Assembly: GCA_051531975.1 (NCBI GenBank)
Contig: JAOPTT010000010.1
Location: 32,001 to 96,000, forward strand
Source of the DNA: Spirochaetaceae bacterium
GTDB lineage: Bacteria; Spirochaetota; Spirochaetia; DSM-2461
Direction: 5' to 3'
DNA length: 64,000 nt
A model generated the notes under the pieces. The model worked only from the letters and a program-made list of their open reading frames with translations. It did not search any database and was not told the origin of the DNA. Numbering within the stretch: the stretch's first letter is position 1; the number at the start of each line of letters is the position of its first letter. A program made the translations under genes and the position numbers. Positions 1 to 10,856 of the stretch are shown here, one piece after another.

Positions 1-1887
1 AGCTCCAGGTGGATATGTTGAAACCCCACCTAGATCTTCCTGATACCCATTATAACCAGGCCATGAAAGTTTAATTCCATTTTTAGTATTTAATTTATCA
101 TAAACAGAATCGAGAGCCACTTTTGCTCTCTCATCGGTTGCAACACCTGACATAACTGTCCAAGACTGAGCATTTGTAAATATGGAACCATACTCATTCT
201 TTTTTGAACCTATAGGGGCTCCATTCTGATCAAAATATCTTACATACCAGTCACCATCCCACATAACATCATTAACTGCTTTTTGGTTATCGGCGAAATA
301 ATTTTTATATATTTTGACAGTTTTGTTATCCCCAGTAAACTCTAACAGTTCAATTAGTTCATTTAATGCTTTAGAGTATAAGTTTGCATTAAAAATTGAC
401 TCTGAACCAGTTGGTAAGTTAACTGTATCGTTCCAGTCTGCAAAACCTAACAGAGGAATGCCATGGCTACCTCTGTTATTTCTAGTAAACTCTATAGACC
501 GCTTTAAATGTTCTAAAACTGTAGCCTCTTCATCTTTGTCGTAAAATTTAACAACTTCATCTAGAAAAGCAAAATCCCCGCTCTCTTTTAAATATTCAGC
601 AACTGTCTGAACAATCCATAAATGGTCATCACCATAATAATCTGGTCTGTCCTCCATCTCCTCTGAATCTCCACATGTAGCTTCCATGGAAAGTGGGAAG
701 AACTGATGCATTGCAGAACCATTTGCCCGTTGGGTGGAAAGTAATTTTTTTAACATAACAGTTGTCTCTTCTGGACAAAGACCCATAACACCAATTAAAT
801 CCTGGGAAGTATCTCTAAAACCTATTCCTCTAGCCCCTAAACCAAGTTGATATAGTGATAGAAACCTAGACCAGTTTTTTGTAGTTAAACACTGCTTAGG
901 ATTATGAATATTTACTAAAGTATCAAAATCTTTACTTGGTGTTTTTACTTGAAAACGATCTAAATAGTTATCCCAGTGATTTTTTAAATCGGAAAATGCC
1001 TTATCAACATTAATTTCAGATCTATACTTACTCATCTCTTTAAGTTCGAATTCAAAATTTGTATATTGTCCTAGCTGAGTTATTACCCTCTCTGTTGATC
1101 CGGTTGATACTAATCCTAAGTGAAACAGTTGTGCTGCAATATTATCCTCTCGTAGAGCCTGGTAGTTACTAAGTTCAGGTTGATTTAAAGAGAGGGGTGC
1201 TGCAAATGTTCCATACCCATTATTTCCTAAAAAGTTTTTCCTATCTGTTTCAAAAGAACTAACTTCCCTATTAGATGTTACATAATTAACCTCTTTGTCT
1301 TTTTTCATGAAAGCACATTGGGTCAAAATGGTATAGATTCCATCTTTTACTAATTTAGACTGCATTGTCTGTGGAACCCAGTCAGCATTATTAAACTGCT
1401 TAATAGCCTCGAAGTGGGTATATTCAACAACAGGGATAATATCTATTTCAACAGCACTAGCCCTTAAATTTGTAACTTTTATATCGCGAATTTCTCTCTG
1501 ACTATCTGTAGGAATAAAAATTGTAACTTCTACTTTTATACCATTTACTACAGATTCATAAATACTATAACCATTACCTACTCTACATTTATAAGATTCG
1601 TAGTCTTTTAGCACTGGTACAAAAAATGGAGAAAATAGTTCGTACCCACTATCTGTTTTAACTCTAACATATAGTGTTTCACCTTTAAAATTTGAGGATG
1701 GAAGTTGTGGTATATATTTAACGATTCTATTAAGAGCAGGATCTCCTTTACAAAGTAATGCTCCACCGGTATGGTCTACAAAACCACCAAAATCTAAACT
1801 TCCAATATAGTTAATCCACTTAACTGGTGTCTTTGGATTAGTAATTACATACTCTTTTACATCATTATCAAAATAGCCATATTTCAT
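1..1887 (-). CDS. GH94 glycoside phosphorylase (cellobiose/chitobiose phosphorylase family), truncated by window edge
   Basis: Absent from ORF track. ATG at 1887 after AAGGAG; translates MKYGYFDNDVKEYVITNPKTPVKWINYIG...; contains GFRDTSQD and ADWNDTVNL, typical GH94 motifs. Confidence 0.88.
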   Translation of the reverse strand, partial: MKYGYFDNDVKEYVITNPKTPVKWINYIGSLDFGGFVDHTGGALLCKGDPALNRIVKYIPQLPSSNFKGETLYVRVKTDSGYELFSPFFVPVLKDYESYKCRVGNGYSIYESVVNGIKVEVTIFIPTDSQREIRDIKVTNLRASAVEIDIIPVVEYTHFEAIKQFNNADWVPQTMQSKLVKDGIYTILTQCAFMKKDKEVNYVTSNREVSSFETDRKNFLGNNGYGTFAAPLSLNQPELSNYQALREDNIAAQLFHLGLVSTGSTERVITQLGQYTNFEFELKEMSKYRSEINVDKAFSDLKNHWDNYLDRFQVKTPSKDFDTLVNIHNPKQCLTTKNWSRFLSLYQLGLGARGIGFRDTSQDLIGVMGLCPEETTVMLKKLLSTQRANGSAMHQFFPLSMEATCGDSEEMEDRPDYYGDDHLWIVQTVAEYLKESGDFAFLDEVVKFYDKDEEATVLEHLKRSIEFTRNNRGSHGIPLLGFADWNDTVNLPTGSESIFNANLYSKALNELIELLEFTGDNKTVKIYKNYFADNQKAVNDVMWDGDWYVRYFDQNGAPIGSKKNEYGSIFTNAQSWTVMSGVATDERAKVALDSVYDKLNTKNGIKLSWPGYNGYQEDLGGVSTYPPGA

Positions 1888-2034
1888 CTGATAAACTCCT
1901 TAGTCTTTGGTTGCATAGGCGAGCAGTAACTTTTTTGTTACGACCAGCTTTATATTATATTGATATAATGAGCTAATTAGTTTCCGTCGTCAACTAAAAA
2001 GATTGTAAATCAGTAATTATTTATATTTTGTCGA

Positions 2035-2931
2035 CTATTTTCTTTTATATATCAGTTCCCACTGGCTTAAAATCATACCTAATAACATTAAAGAACAACC
2101 TATAAAACCTTTAGTCGTAAGTCCTTCGGATAAAAATATCACTCCACCAATCACAGCAAAAACACTTTCAAAACTCATTATTATTGCAGAATGGGCTGGA
2201 GGTGCATCTTTTTGAGCAACTATTTGTAATGTATAACCTATACATACTGAACCAATTCCTCCATAAAGAATTGGAATCATAGCAGAGTAGATAGCTTGTA
2301 ATGAAATTGGTTCTAAAACAAAGGCCACTATTAAACTAAGTAGAGAACACCAAGCAAACTGTATCGATGCTAATAATACTGCTTCTATTTTTTTAGAAAA
2401 GTGGTCAATGATCAATACATGTATTGCAAAACAAAAAGAACTTAATAATACAAAAAAGTCGCCCTGCCCTATTCTACCAACATCGTTAACACTAATTAAG
2501 TAGAGACCTATAACAGCAATAAAAGCACCTATCCAGGTAGGAAGACCAGTTTTATGTTTTAATAAAATCCCTAAAATTGGAACAAAAACAACATATAATC
2601 CTGTAATAAATCCAGCTTTACCAGCAGTAGTATATTGTATGCCAACCTGCTGTAAAGATGCACCAGCAAAAAGAACTACTCCAGATATCAGTCCCACTAC
2701 AAAAATGTTTTTTTTACTAAAGGTTACTTTTTGACTATTTTCTCCTAGTCTTTTTTTCTTCATATAATATATTAGAGGTATAAGAGAAATTGAACCTATT
2801 GCAAACCTTATTCCGTTGTATAAATATGGACCTATAAATTCCATTCCTCTGATTTGTGCTACAAAAGCAAAACCCCAAATAGCAGATGTTAATAATAAAA
2901 GTGCGTCGGATCTTAGTGTTTTATTTATCAT
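2035..2931 (-). CDS. DMT/EamA family transporter
   Basis: ~10 TM; IWGFAFVAQ, TTAGKAGFITGLY, ESVFA motifs. Confidence 0.9.
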   Translation of the reverse strand: MINKTLRSDALLLLTSAIWGFAFVAQIRGMEFIGPYLYNGIRFAIGSISLIPLIYYMKKKRLGENSQKVTFSKKNIFVVGLISGVVLFAGASLQQVGIQYTTAGKAGFITGLYVVFVPILGILLKHKTGLPTWIGAFIAVIGLYLISVNDVGRIGQGDFFVLLSSFCFAIHVLIIDHFSKKIEAVLLASIQFAWCSLLSLIVAFVLEPISLQAIYSAMIPILYGGIGSVCIGYTLQIVAQKDAPPAHSAIIMSFESVFAVIGGVIFLSEGLTTKGFIGCSLMLLGMILSQWELIYKRK

Positions 2932-2953
2932 GATGTTCCTATATATCTTTAGT

Positions 2954-3784
2954 TTAGAATAATTTTTTATGCATGTGACAATATGGTTCTTTTTTATGTT
3001 TTACATAATAATCCTGGTGATAATCTTCAGCGATCCAAAATGTACTAGATTCTAATAACTCAGTTACAATATCTAACCCTCTGTTTTTAAGTATTTTAAC
3101 TAATTCTTTTGCTATATTAAACTCTTTTGTTGTTGAATAAAAAATAGCTGATAAGTATTGAGACCCAATATCAGAACCTTGACCATTACCCTGTGTAGGA
3201 TCATGTATTTCAAAAAAAAGTTTAGTTAAATCTGTGTAACTTATTTTTTTTGGATTATATATAACTCTAACAACTTCTAAATGCCCTGTGTCCCCGGTAC
3301 AAACCTGTTCATAAGTAGGATTCAAAACCTCGCCACCCATATATCCAGATTCAACACTAAAAACACCATCTTGTTTTTGTAATAGATGTTCAACACCCCA
3401 AAAACAACCTCCAGCATAATATGCAACTGCCTTAAAAACCAAAGACAGACTATTCACACAAAATCTTGTATTTTTATTTGTTAGATGTTCGCCTTCAAAT
3501 ACATGACCTAAATGACCACCACAGTTATGGCATAATATTTCAACTCTTCGGCCATCGATATCTGGTTTTCTAATTATAGCACCAGCAACCTCAGCATCAA
3601 AACTTGGCCATCCACAACCGGAATCAAATTTATCTGAGGAATCATATAGCTTAGAGTCACACTGTCTACAGTGGTAAAATCCATTATCAAATAGATTATC
3701 ATATTCTCCAGAAAATGCAGCCTCTGTTCCTTTGTTTATTATTACATGTTCTTCTTCTTTAGATAATTTATTATATTTTGACAT
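2954..3784 (-). CDS. msrAB: Bifunctional methionine sulfoxide reductase, MsrB-MsrA fusion
   Basis: N-terminal MsrB (CRQC/CHNC Zn ligands, GCGWPSF, RFCVNS); C-terminal MsrA (GCFWG, AEDYHQDY). Confidence 0.95.
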   Translation of the reverse strand: MSKYNKLSKEEEHVIINKGTEAAFSGEYDNLFDNGFYHCRQCDSKLYDSSDKFDSGCGWPSFDAEVAGAIIRKPDIDGRRVEILCHNCGGHLGHVFEGEHLTNKNTRFCVNSLSLVFKAVAYYAGGCFWGVEHLLQKQDGVFSVESGYMGGEVLNPTYEQVCTGDTGHLEVVRVIYNPKKISYTDLTKLFFEIHDPTQGNGQGSDIGSQYLSAIFYSTTKEFNIAKELVKILKNRGLDIVTELLESSTFWIAEDYHQDYYVKHKKEPYCHMHKKLF

Positions 3785-3794
3785 AATATACCTC

Positions 3795-5705
3795 TTACTC
3801 TGATTCTACAGGAAAAGCAATTTCAAAAGTAGTACCTACACTAATTTTACTTATACAATTAATTGAACCATTTAATTTTTGTTTAATCAGATTATAAACA
3901 ATATGCATACCTAAACCACTACCTCCATCTCCACGTTTGGTAGTAAAAAAAGGTTCATATATCTTCTTTACATTAATTTCAGACATTCCTTGACCATTAT
4001 CCATATAAACAACATTTATTATTTTATTAACTTTAGTTATTTTAATATCAATATTACCTTCTCCTGTCTCTGAAAATCCATGTTTTATAGAATTTAATAT
4101 TAAATTTGTTATTATCTGAGAAAATGCACCGGGGTAACTTTTAACAAGAATATTATCTGGACAATCGACATCAATTTTATAATTATTTTTCTTAAACTTT
4201 GGATGAAGACTAGATAAAACTTCACCTAAATAGTTCCCTATATTAAATTTTCTTATATCTTCAGATGACTGATCAACTGCAACCTGTTTAAAACTTTTAA
4301 TCAAGTTAGCTGATCTTTGACTATTTGCTAATATAAGCTTTGTAGTATTTTCTACATTTTCAAAATATTCTATGAATAGACTCTTTGCCAGGTTATTATC
4401 CTTATATGCTGTTAGGATATCCTCGGTTTGTTCAAAAAGGTAAGAGGATGCAGTAACAATGATTCCAATAGGTGTATTAATTTCATGAGCAACTCCAGCA
4501 ACCATGCCACCTAAAGCAGCCATTTTCTCAGATTCAATCATATGTTCTTGGGCTTGTTCTAATGATTTTAGAGCACTACGTAACTCTTTTGTCTGTTTTT
4601 TAACCTCATTCTCAAGTTCTACTTTATTTTGACTAATCTTATTTTTAGCTTGCAATAAGTCTAATTCACGACTGTTAATCTGAGTCGACATATCTAGAAT
4701 TGAATCCGAAAGCTGGTTTAGTTCTTTTATTTTAATATCTCTAATAGAAAAGTCATACCACCCATCAGATATTGCTTTTGTCGTTTGCAGAAGTATTTCC
4801 ACACCATGAACAATCCTATCCCCAAATCTTTTACTTACAATTATTGTAATTAAAATTATAATAATTAATAAAATAATTATAGGTATTAACATTTTTATAA
4901 CAGGATTTAAAACATTCTCTAACGGATTAAAAATAGTGATGCTCCAATCAATTCCTGACATTAATACTGTTTGAGAAAAGTACCTTTTTCCTAAATATTC
5001 ACGAATATTATTATTAGAATTTACAATACTTTGGGTTTCTCTAAATATAACTTTCTGTTTATCAGGATGATAAATATAAACCCCTCTCTGATCAGTTACA
5101 AAAACAAATCTATTAGATGACTTTTTATTTATTAGATCTATTAATGTTTCTATTCTTTCAATGGATATAAATAGAGTAATTATTCCATCATTATATGGAG
5201 CACTTAATGCTACTGCAGAGGACTCAGTCTGATTAGATAAAAAGGTAGGTGACCAATATGGTGCTTGTAAGTTTGTTGTTTGTTTAAAATACTCTTGCCC
5301 GGATACATCATTACCAAGTAGATATGTATCAAAAGGGTATAAAGTAAGAATTTCACCAATTTTATTTGTAACATTTATACCTTTAATGTCTTGCTGATTA
5401 ATAACAGTTGCACTTAAAATTTTATTTAAAATATCACTATCAGTCTCTAAGCCACTATTTAATGCTTCTTTAATAATCATTAATTCAGATAATGGCTCTT
5501 TTACATAGTTCTCTATACTATTAGAAAGAAGTGATACTTTTATTAGATCTTCATCTTCGATCTCTTCTCGAAGAGAATCTGCAGCAATATAGAGACTAAA
5601 GGAACTTAGGGTTAAGATAGGAATTATAACTGTAAAAAGAATAAAATATAACAAGAACTTATGTATACTTGTATTTGTAAAATTATTTATTTTTTTATAT
5701 ATCAT
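3795..5705 (-). CDS. Cache-domain sensor histidine kinase
   Basis: 2 TM flanking a Cache-like region, HAMP, AHEINTP H-box, FFTTK and GSGLG boxes. Confidence 0.9.
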   Translation of the reverse strand: MIYKKINNFTNTSIHKFLLYFILFTVIIPILTLSSFSLYIAADSLREEIEDEDLIKVSLLSNSIENYVKEPLSELMIIKEALNSGLETDSDILNKILSATVINQQDIKGINVTNKIGEILTLYPFDTYLLGNDVSGQEYFKQTTNLQAPYWSPTFLSNQTESSAVALSAPYNDGIITLFISIERIETLIDLINKKSSNRFVFVTDQRGVYIYHPDKQKVIFRETQSIVNSNNNIREYLGKRYFSQTVLMSGIDWSITIFNPLENVLNPVIKMLIPIIILLIIIILITIIVSKRFGDRIVHGVEILLQTTKAISDGWYDFSIRDIKIKELNQLSDSILDMSTQINSRELDLLQAKNKISQNKVELENEVKKQTKELRSALKSLEQAQEHMIESEKMAALGGMVAGVAHEINTPIGIIVTASSYLFEQTEDILTAYKDNNLAKSLFIEYFENVENTTKLILANSQRSANLIKSFKQVAVDQSSEDIRKFNIGNYLGEVLSSLHPKFKKNNYKIDVDCPDNILVKSYPGAFSQIITNLILNSIKHGFSETGEGNIDIKITKVNKIINVVYMDNGQGMSEINVKKIYEPFFTTKRGDGGSGLGMHIVYNLIKQKLNGSINCISKISVGTTFEIAFPVESE

Positions 5706-5858
5706 AACTTTATCTACTTCTTTTATGAGTCGTGTTTAAACGCCCTTACAATTTTTTATATTAAATATACTCTAAAATTCTAATATCAAAAAGAGTAAAT
5801 CTTTATAATAAATTGTAATTCTATAGACGTTATCAATCAAGTGGATAATCTTTTATAT

Positions 5859-6524
5859 TTACTTAACTACCTGGAATCCTCTCTTTTTCCAATCTCCAAT
5901 TCCATATCTTAGATTATATATTTTTTTAAATCCTGCATCTATTAGAATTTTTGATGCCACTGTACTTCTATTCCCAGATTGGCAGTAGACAAAAATAGGT
6001 TCATCTTTAAACTGTTCTAACTTATCTAAATTGTCTGCTATATTCTGTACAGGAAGTAGACCGGCACCTTGGATATAACCTGATTCATACTCCCCTTTAG
6101 TTCTAACATCTAAAATAAATGGAGAAATGTTTTTAATAAGTTCGGTTGCTTCAGCTGCAGTTACCTCAATATAATTAGAATTACCAGTATATTCTATAAC
6201 CCTTAAAATTCCCTTTTTCTCACCAACTATAATATTATAAGTACCAACCTCTTTCATCTTAATATAAGGTTTACCACTCTTAGGCATTGGCAATATAGAT
6301 TCAAAATCTAATTCTAAAATCTTAATGTTTGAGGTTGATCTGTCTTTTAAATTAAAAACGATGTAGTCCCCTCTATAGACAGTGAAATCTAGTTTTGTAG
6401 ACTTAGAAATATCAATAACCCTAAGACCACCTTTAATCTCTCCTGTTACTTCTACTTTACTATTTGCAGTACAGGACATTAAAAAAATTATTGTTAAAAT
6501 TAAAAAATATATCATTTTTTTCAT
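5859..6524 (-). CDS. Rhodanese-domain lipoprotein
   Basis: Likely start ATG 6524 after GAGGTG; lipobox FLMSC; LDVRT and CQSGNRS active-site loop. Confidence 0.85.
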   Translation of the reverse strand: MKKMIYFLILTIIFLMSCTANSKVEVTGEIKGGLRVIDISKSTKLDFTVYRGDYIVFNLKDRSTSNIKILELDFESILPMPKSGKPYIKMKEVGTYNIIVGEKKGILRVIEYTGNSNYIEVTAAEATELIKNISPFILDVRTKGEYESGYIQGAGLLPVQNIADNLDKLEQFKDEPIFVYCQSGNRSTVASKILIDAGFKKIYNLRYGIGDWKKRGFQVVK

Positions 6525-6639
6525 ATAGACACCTCTTATATGCAAAATATACTATATAGAACGAAAAATGGCAATTAAAAGTTTCTATACTTGATGTTTT
6601 TATTAAGAATAATTACTATTAAGTATATAGGAGATTAAA

Positions 6640-7917
6640 ATGGTTAAAAAAGAAGACGTATTAAAGGTCTTAAGTAAGATAGAAGATCCAGATTTACATA
6701 AAGATATAGTGTCACTAGGTTTTATTAAAGAGTTAATAATCGATAGTAGTAAGGTTAGCTTTGTTATGGAATTAACAATTGCAGGATGCCCAATTAAGGA
6801 TAAATTTAAAGCTGAGGCAGAGAAAGCTGTTTTGGCACTGCCTGGGGTTGATAAAGTTCATATTGTTATGAGTTCTAGAGACAAAAAAACAAGTAATACT
6901 ACTGATAGTCTTAAGAATGTAAAAAATATTATAGCAGTTGCATCTGCAAAAGGAGGGGTTGGGAAATCTACAGTGTCAGCAACCCTTGCAAGTGAGTTTG
7001 CAGCAAAAGGTTTTAAAGTAGGGCTTTTAGATACCGACCTGTTTGGTCCATCTATACCTACACTGTTCAACCAACACGATGTTAAAATATTCCAAAAAGG
7101 TAAAATGTTCATACCTGCTGAGTTTAACGGTATAAAACTTATGTCATTTGGTTATTTAATGGGAGATTCCCCTGCAATCATGCGTGGACCAATGGTTTCT
7201 GGTTACATTCAGCAAATTTTAACTTCTGTAGAATGGGGTGAACTTGACTATTTATTTATTGATATGCCTCCTGGTACTGGGGATATTCAACTAACAATTT
7301 CTCAGACTATAAAACTTGATGGTGCTGTTATTGTAACTACAAGGTCTTCACTATCTTTAGTAGATGTAGCAAAAGGCATATTGATGTTTGAGAAGGTATC
7401 AATACCGATATTAGGGGTAGTAGAGAATATGTCTCATTTTGTATGTGACAATTGTGAAAAAGAACATCATATTTTTGGAAAACAGAAGGGAGATCTATCG
7501 GAACGTTTTGGGATAGAAACTTTAGCACATATACCTATAGAGTCTACTAGAGCAATTCCATTTGATAAATATGAAAGTAATGATATTAACAGTGAACTTT
7601 CCAATCAGATTGTTCGACAATTAGGAAAATTATCATCAGAAGCTGTTAAACAACCAGAAGTTATTTTAACACCTGATACAGTTACAGTTTTATGGGATGA
7701 TGGTAAAAGTAGTGAAATACCTAATATGGAATTAAGAGACCGCTGTAAATGTGCACTATGTGTAGATGAGTATTCAGGAGAAAAAACTCTTCAGAAAGAG
7801 GATATACCAAAGGATATACAAGGCTTAGAAGTAACACCTTTAGGTAATTATGCAGTTTCTATAAAATGGAGTGATGGTCATACTTCCAGTATCTACCCAT
7901 ACAAGAGTTTAAAATAA
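6640..7917 (+). CDS. apbC: Mrp/ApbC Fe-S cluster carrier ATPase with N-terminal DUF59 and C-terminal DUF971
   Basis: EDPDL...IVSLG/GCP; KGGVGKS; DMPPGTGD; ENMS..CxxC; C-terminal LRDRCKCALC...WSDGH. Confidence 0.88.
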   Translation: MVKKEDVLKVLSKIEDPDLHKDIVSLGFIKELIIDSSKVSFVMELTIAGCPIKDKFKAEAEKAVLALPGVDKVHIVMSSRDKKTSNTTDSLKNVKNIIAVASAKGGVGKSTVSATLASEFAAKGFKVGLLDTDLFGPSIPTLFNQHDVKIFQKGKMFIPAEFNGIKLMSFGYLMGDSPAIMRGPMVSGYIQQILTSVEWGELDYLFIDMPPGTGDIQLTISQTIKLDGAVIVTTRSSLSLVDVAKGILMFEKVSIPILGVVENMSHFVCDNCEKEHHIFGKQKGDLSERFGIETLAHIPIESTRAIPFDKYESNDINSELSNQIVRQLGKLSSEAVKQPEVILTPDTVTVLWDDGKSSEIPNMELRDRCKCALCVDEYSGEKTLQKEDIPKDIQGLEVTPLGNYAVSIKWSDGHTSSIYPYKSLK

Positions 7918-7982
7918 CTTTAATTGTTCGATTAGCGTTGTTTTAGACTTCATACATCATGTTTTGCGTGCTATTATTAGGT

Positions 7983-9272
7983 ATGAAAGATTTAAATAGT
8001 AGGTTTTCCCAGATGGGGATCCATATTCCAGAGATTTTATTACCTAATAATGTGGACATGAACAAGTGGGCCGTAGTTGCTTGTGATCAATTTACCTCAG
8101 ATAAGAACTATTGGTTAGAAACTTCTGAAATAGTCGATGATAATCCATCGACTTTACAGTTAATTTTACCTGAATGTTTTTTAGAAGAAGATGATAAAAA
8201 ACAAAGAATAGATACCATAAAAACTACAATGAGTAGTTATATAAATAATAATATTTTTAAAAAACTAAAACATGGATTTATTTTAGTAGATCGTAGTACA
8301 CCGCATACACCTTCTAGAAAAGGTTTAATAATTGCTATCGACTTAGAACATTATAGTTTTGAAAAAAACAGTAAAAGTTTAATTAGACCAACAGAGGGGA
8401 CGGTTATAGAGCGTTTGCCTTCAAGAGTTGAAATAAGGGAAAATGCTCCTTTAGATATACCTCATATACTTCTTCTGATTAATGATAAACATTGTAACAT
8501 AATTGAAGAAGCTTATAAATATAAAGAGGAATTTGATACTGTTTATAATTTTGATTTAATGCAAAACGGTGGAAAGATTAGTGGCCACCTAATAAAAGAA
8601 GAGAAACATCTAGAAAATATATGTAAAGCTTTTGAAGATCTGTTTTTAAAAAATGAGATGTTATTTGCTGTTGGAGATGGTAACCACTCATTAGCTTCAG
8701 CTAAACAAATTTGGGAAAAACTCAAAAAAAGTGGTGCCGAGAAAAATCACCCTGCAAGATTTGCACTTGTAGAAGTTAATAATATTTATAACGATGGAAT
8801 AGTTTTTGAACCTATCCATAGAGCTTTATTTAATGTAGATACTAATAATTTCTTAGAATTTCTAAAAACAAAAACAAATAGTCAAATAACATATACGGCG
8901 ACTGAAGATATTGTTAAAGATCTACTTAAAAAGAATAAAGACAACCATATTATTGGTTTTAAGAATGGTGGTCAGTGGGGTTATATTACAATTATAAATC
9001 CTGATGTAAAACTATCATACGAGATAGTTCAACCTATAATAGATGAATATTTAGTAAGCAAGAAAGGAATTAATATAGATTATATACATGGGGATAAAAC
9101 TGTAGATGAAATTGGGTCTAAAACTAATAATTTAATACTTTATTTTAATACTATGGAAAAATCTGACTTTTTTAGCATGATAATTGAAGGTGGTGCGCTT
9201 CCTAGGAAGACATTCTCTATAGGTGAAGCGGAAGAAAAAAGGTATTATATCGAATCTAGACATATATCTTAA
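7983..9272 (+). CDS. DUF1015 family protein
   Basis: WAVVACDQFTS, RPTEGT, VGDGNHSLA, LPRKTFS motifs; likely start ATG 7983. Confidence 0.85.
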   Translation: MKDLNSRFSQMGIHIPEILLPNNVDMNKWAVVACDQFTSDKNYWLETSEIVDDNPSTLQLILPECFLEEDDKKQRIDTIKTTMSSYINNNIFKKLKHGFILVDRSTPHTPSRKGLIIAIDLEHYSFEKNSKSLIRPTEGTVIERLPSRVEIRENAPLDIPHILLLINDKHCNIIEEAYKYKEEFDTVYNFDLMQNGGKISGHLIKEEKHLENICKAFEDLFLKNEMLFAVGDGNHSLASAKQIWEKLKKSGAEKNHPARFALVEVNNIYNDGIVFEPIHRALFNVDTNNFLEFLKTKTNSQITYTATEDIVKDLLKKNKDNHIIGFKNGGQWGYITIINPDVKLSYEIVQPIIDEYLVSKKGINIDYIHGDKTVDEIGSKTNNLILYFNTMEKSDFFSMIIEGGALPRKTFSIGEAEEKRYYIESRHIS

Positions 9273-9291
9273 TGTCTTGTACATTTCCTCT

Positions 9292-9864
9292 ATGGGAATA
9301 ATTGAAATAATACTAATTGCTATAGCACTTGCTATTGATGCATTTGCTGTATCTATTACATGTGGGATTAATACAAAAGTTGTCAGGTTAAAAAATATAT
9401 TGAAAGTGGGACTTCTTTTTGGTCTATTTCAGGCTGTTATGCCATTAATAGGTAATTATGCTGGAAATATGATTCCATTTGACATAACAACATATGACCA
9501 CTGGATAGCTTTTGGCCTACTATCTATTATTGGTATTCATATGATTAAGGAATCTAGAACTAAAAATGACCCCCTAGAGACAAAAAAAAGTACAAAAGAC
9601 ATATTTGGAACTAGAACTCTAATATTTGCAGCTATTGCAACTAGTATTGATGCATTAGCTGCTGGATTTTCAGCATCATTATTAAATGCTAAAATTATAT
9701 TATTAGCTTCCTCTGCAGGAATAATTACTTTAATATTAAGTTGTATTGGTGTTTATTTAGGAAGACGTATAGGACATATTTTTGAAAAAAAGGCAGAATT
9801 GTTGAGTGGAATTGTCCTTATTCTAATAGGGGTAAATATTGTTTATAGGCATATGTTTCAATAA
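9292..9864 (+). CDS. mntP: Manganese efflux pump MntP
   Basis: ALAIDAFAVS and ATSIDALAAG repeats, FQAVMP; likely start ATG 9292. Confidence 0.9.
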   Translation: MGIIEIILIAIALAIDAFAVSITCGINTKVVRLKNILKVGLLFGLFQAVMPLIGNYAGNMIPFDITTYDHWIAFGLLSIIGIHMIKESRTKNDPLETKKSTKDIFGTRTLIFAAIATSIDALAAGFSASLLNAKIILLASSAGIITLILSCIGVYLGRRIGHIFEKKAELLSGIVLILIGVNIVYRHMFQ

Positions 9865-9927
9865 CTTTGAAAATAGATTATTATTAATTTAACATTAATT
9901 ACATTTAAAAATATTTTGGAGTTTATT

Positions 9928-10152
9928 ATGGGTATCGGTTTAATATTATTTGCAATCGCAATAATTACATTTATTTCATTAATTGGGGTCAAACGAAATT
10001 GGTTTCCCCAAAAAAATAGAATTCAAAGTGGGTACATAGATCCACACCTTATAATTGAAAAAAGATATGCTGATGGAGAAATAAACCATGCGGAATTTCT
10101 TGAAATAAAAAAAGAGTTCGATAAGATGAAAGAAAAGAATTTAAAAAAATAA
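9928..10152 (+). CDS. Small membrane protein with SHOCT domain
   Basis: GGAG RBS before ATG 9928; one TM; KRYADGEINHAEFLEIK. Confidence 0.75.
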   Translation: MGIGLILFAIAIITFISLIGVKRNWFPQKNRIQSGYIDPHLIIEKRYADGEINHAEFLEIKKEFDKMKEKNLKK

Positions 10153-10222
10153 TTCTAATTGACTATTGTTTTCGTAGTATTTATCATAAAAAACTAAATT
10201 TTATACATTTTAGGAGTTTTTT

Positions 10223-10819
10223 ATGACAAATAACATTTCGTTATCCAAATTAGAGATAACAGATAATAGTTCAAATCCTGCACCTCTAGGATTAGTTGGT
10301 TTTGGTTTAACAACCATTTTATTAAATTTTCACAATGCTGGTTTTTTCCCAGTTAACTCAGTAATCATGGGTATGGGTATTTTTGTTGGTGGTTTAGCTC
10401 AGGTTATTGCTGGTATTTTAGAATCTAAAAAGAATAATACTTTTGGAACAACAGCTTTTACTTTATATGGATTTTTCTGGATGAGTTTAGTTGCAACGTG
10501 GGTACTTCCAGAAGCTGGAGTTGCTGAAAGTTCTAACTCTTTTGCTATGGGTGTTTATCTTCTATTTTGGGGAGTTTTTACATTAGGAATGTTTTTTGGA
10601 ACTTTAAAAATGAACAGAGGACTACAAGTTGTTTTTGGTTCTTTAACAATTCTATTTTTTCTATTAGCAATCGGAGATTTTACTGGTAGTCACCTAATTA
10701 AAACTATAGCTGGATTCGAGGGGATTTTCTGTGGAATGTCAGCTTTGTACACAGCAATAGCTCTAATACTTTATGAAGTTTATGGTAAGGTAGTTCTTCC
10801 AATAGGTGCTCATAACTAA
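10223..10819 (+). CDS. satP: Acetate/succinate uptake transporter (GPR1/FUN34/YaaH)
   Basis: NPAPLGL signature, NTFGTTAF..YG.FW. Confidence 0.92.
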   Translation: MTNNISLSKLEITDNSSNPAPLGLVGFGLTTILLNFHNAGFFPVNSVIMGMGIFVGGLAQVIAGILESKKNNTFGTTAFTLYGFFWMSLVATWVLPEAGVAESSNSFAMGVYLLFWGVFTLGMFFGTLKMNRGLQVVFGSLTILFFLLAIGDFTGSHLIKTIAGFEGIFCGMSALYTAIALILYEVYGKVVLPIGAHN

Positions 10820-10831
10820 ATAAGATTATAT

Positions 10832-10856
10832 ACCTAGTTTTTAGACTAGGTTTTTT
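10832..10856 (+). terminator. Intrinsic terminator after satP
   Basis: ACCTAGTT-ttta-GACTAGGT followed by T run. Confidence 0.7.

Noticed and set aside
1905..1945. BglG/LicT RAT antiterminator
   Set aside because: Only partial GTTACTG similarity and no overlapping terminator
9272..9292. yybP-ykoY Mn riboswitch before mntP
   Set aside because: Only ~20 nt of intergenic space
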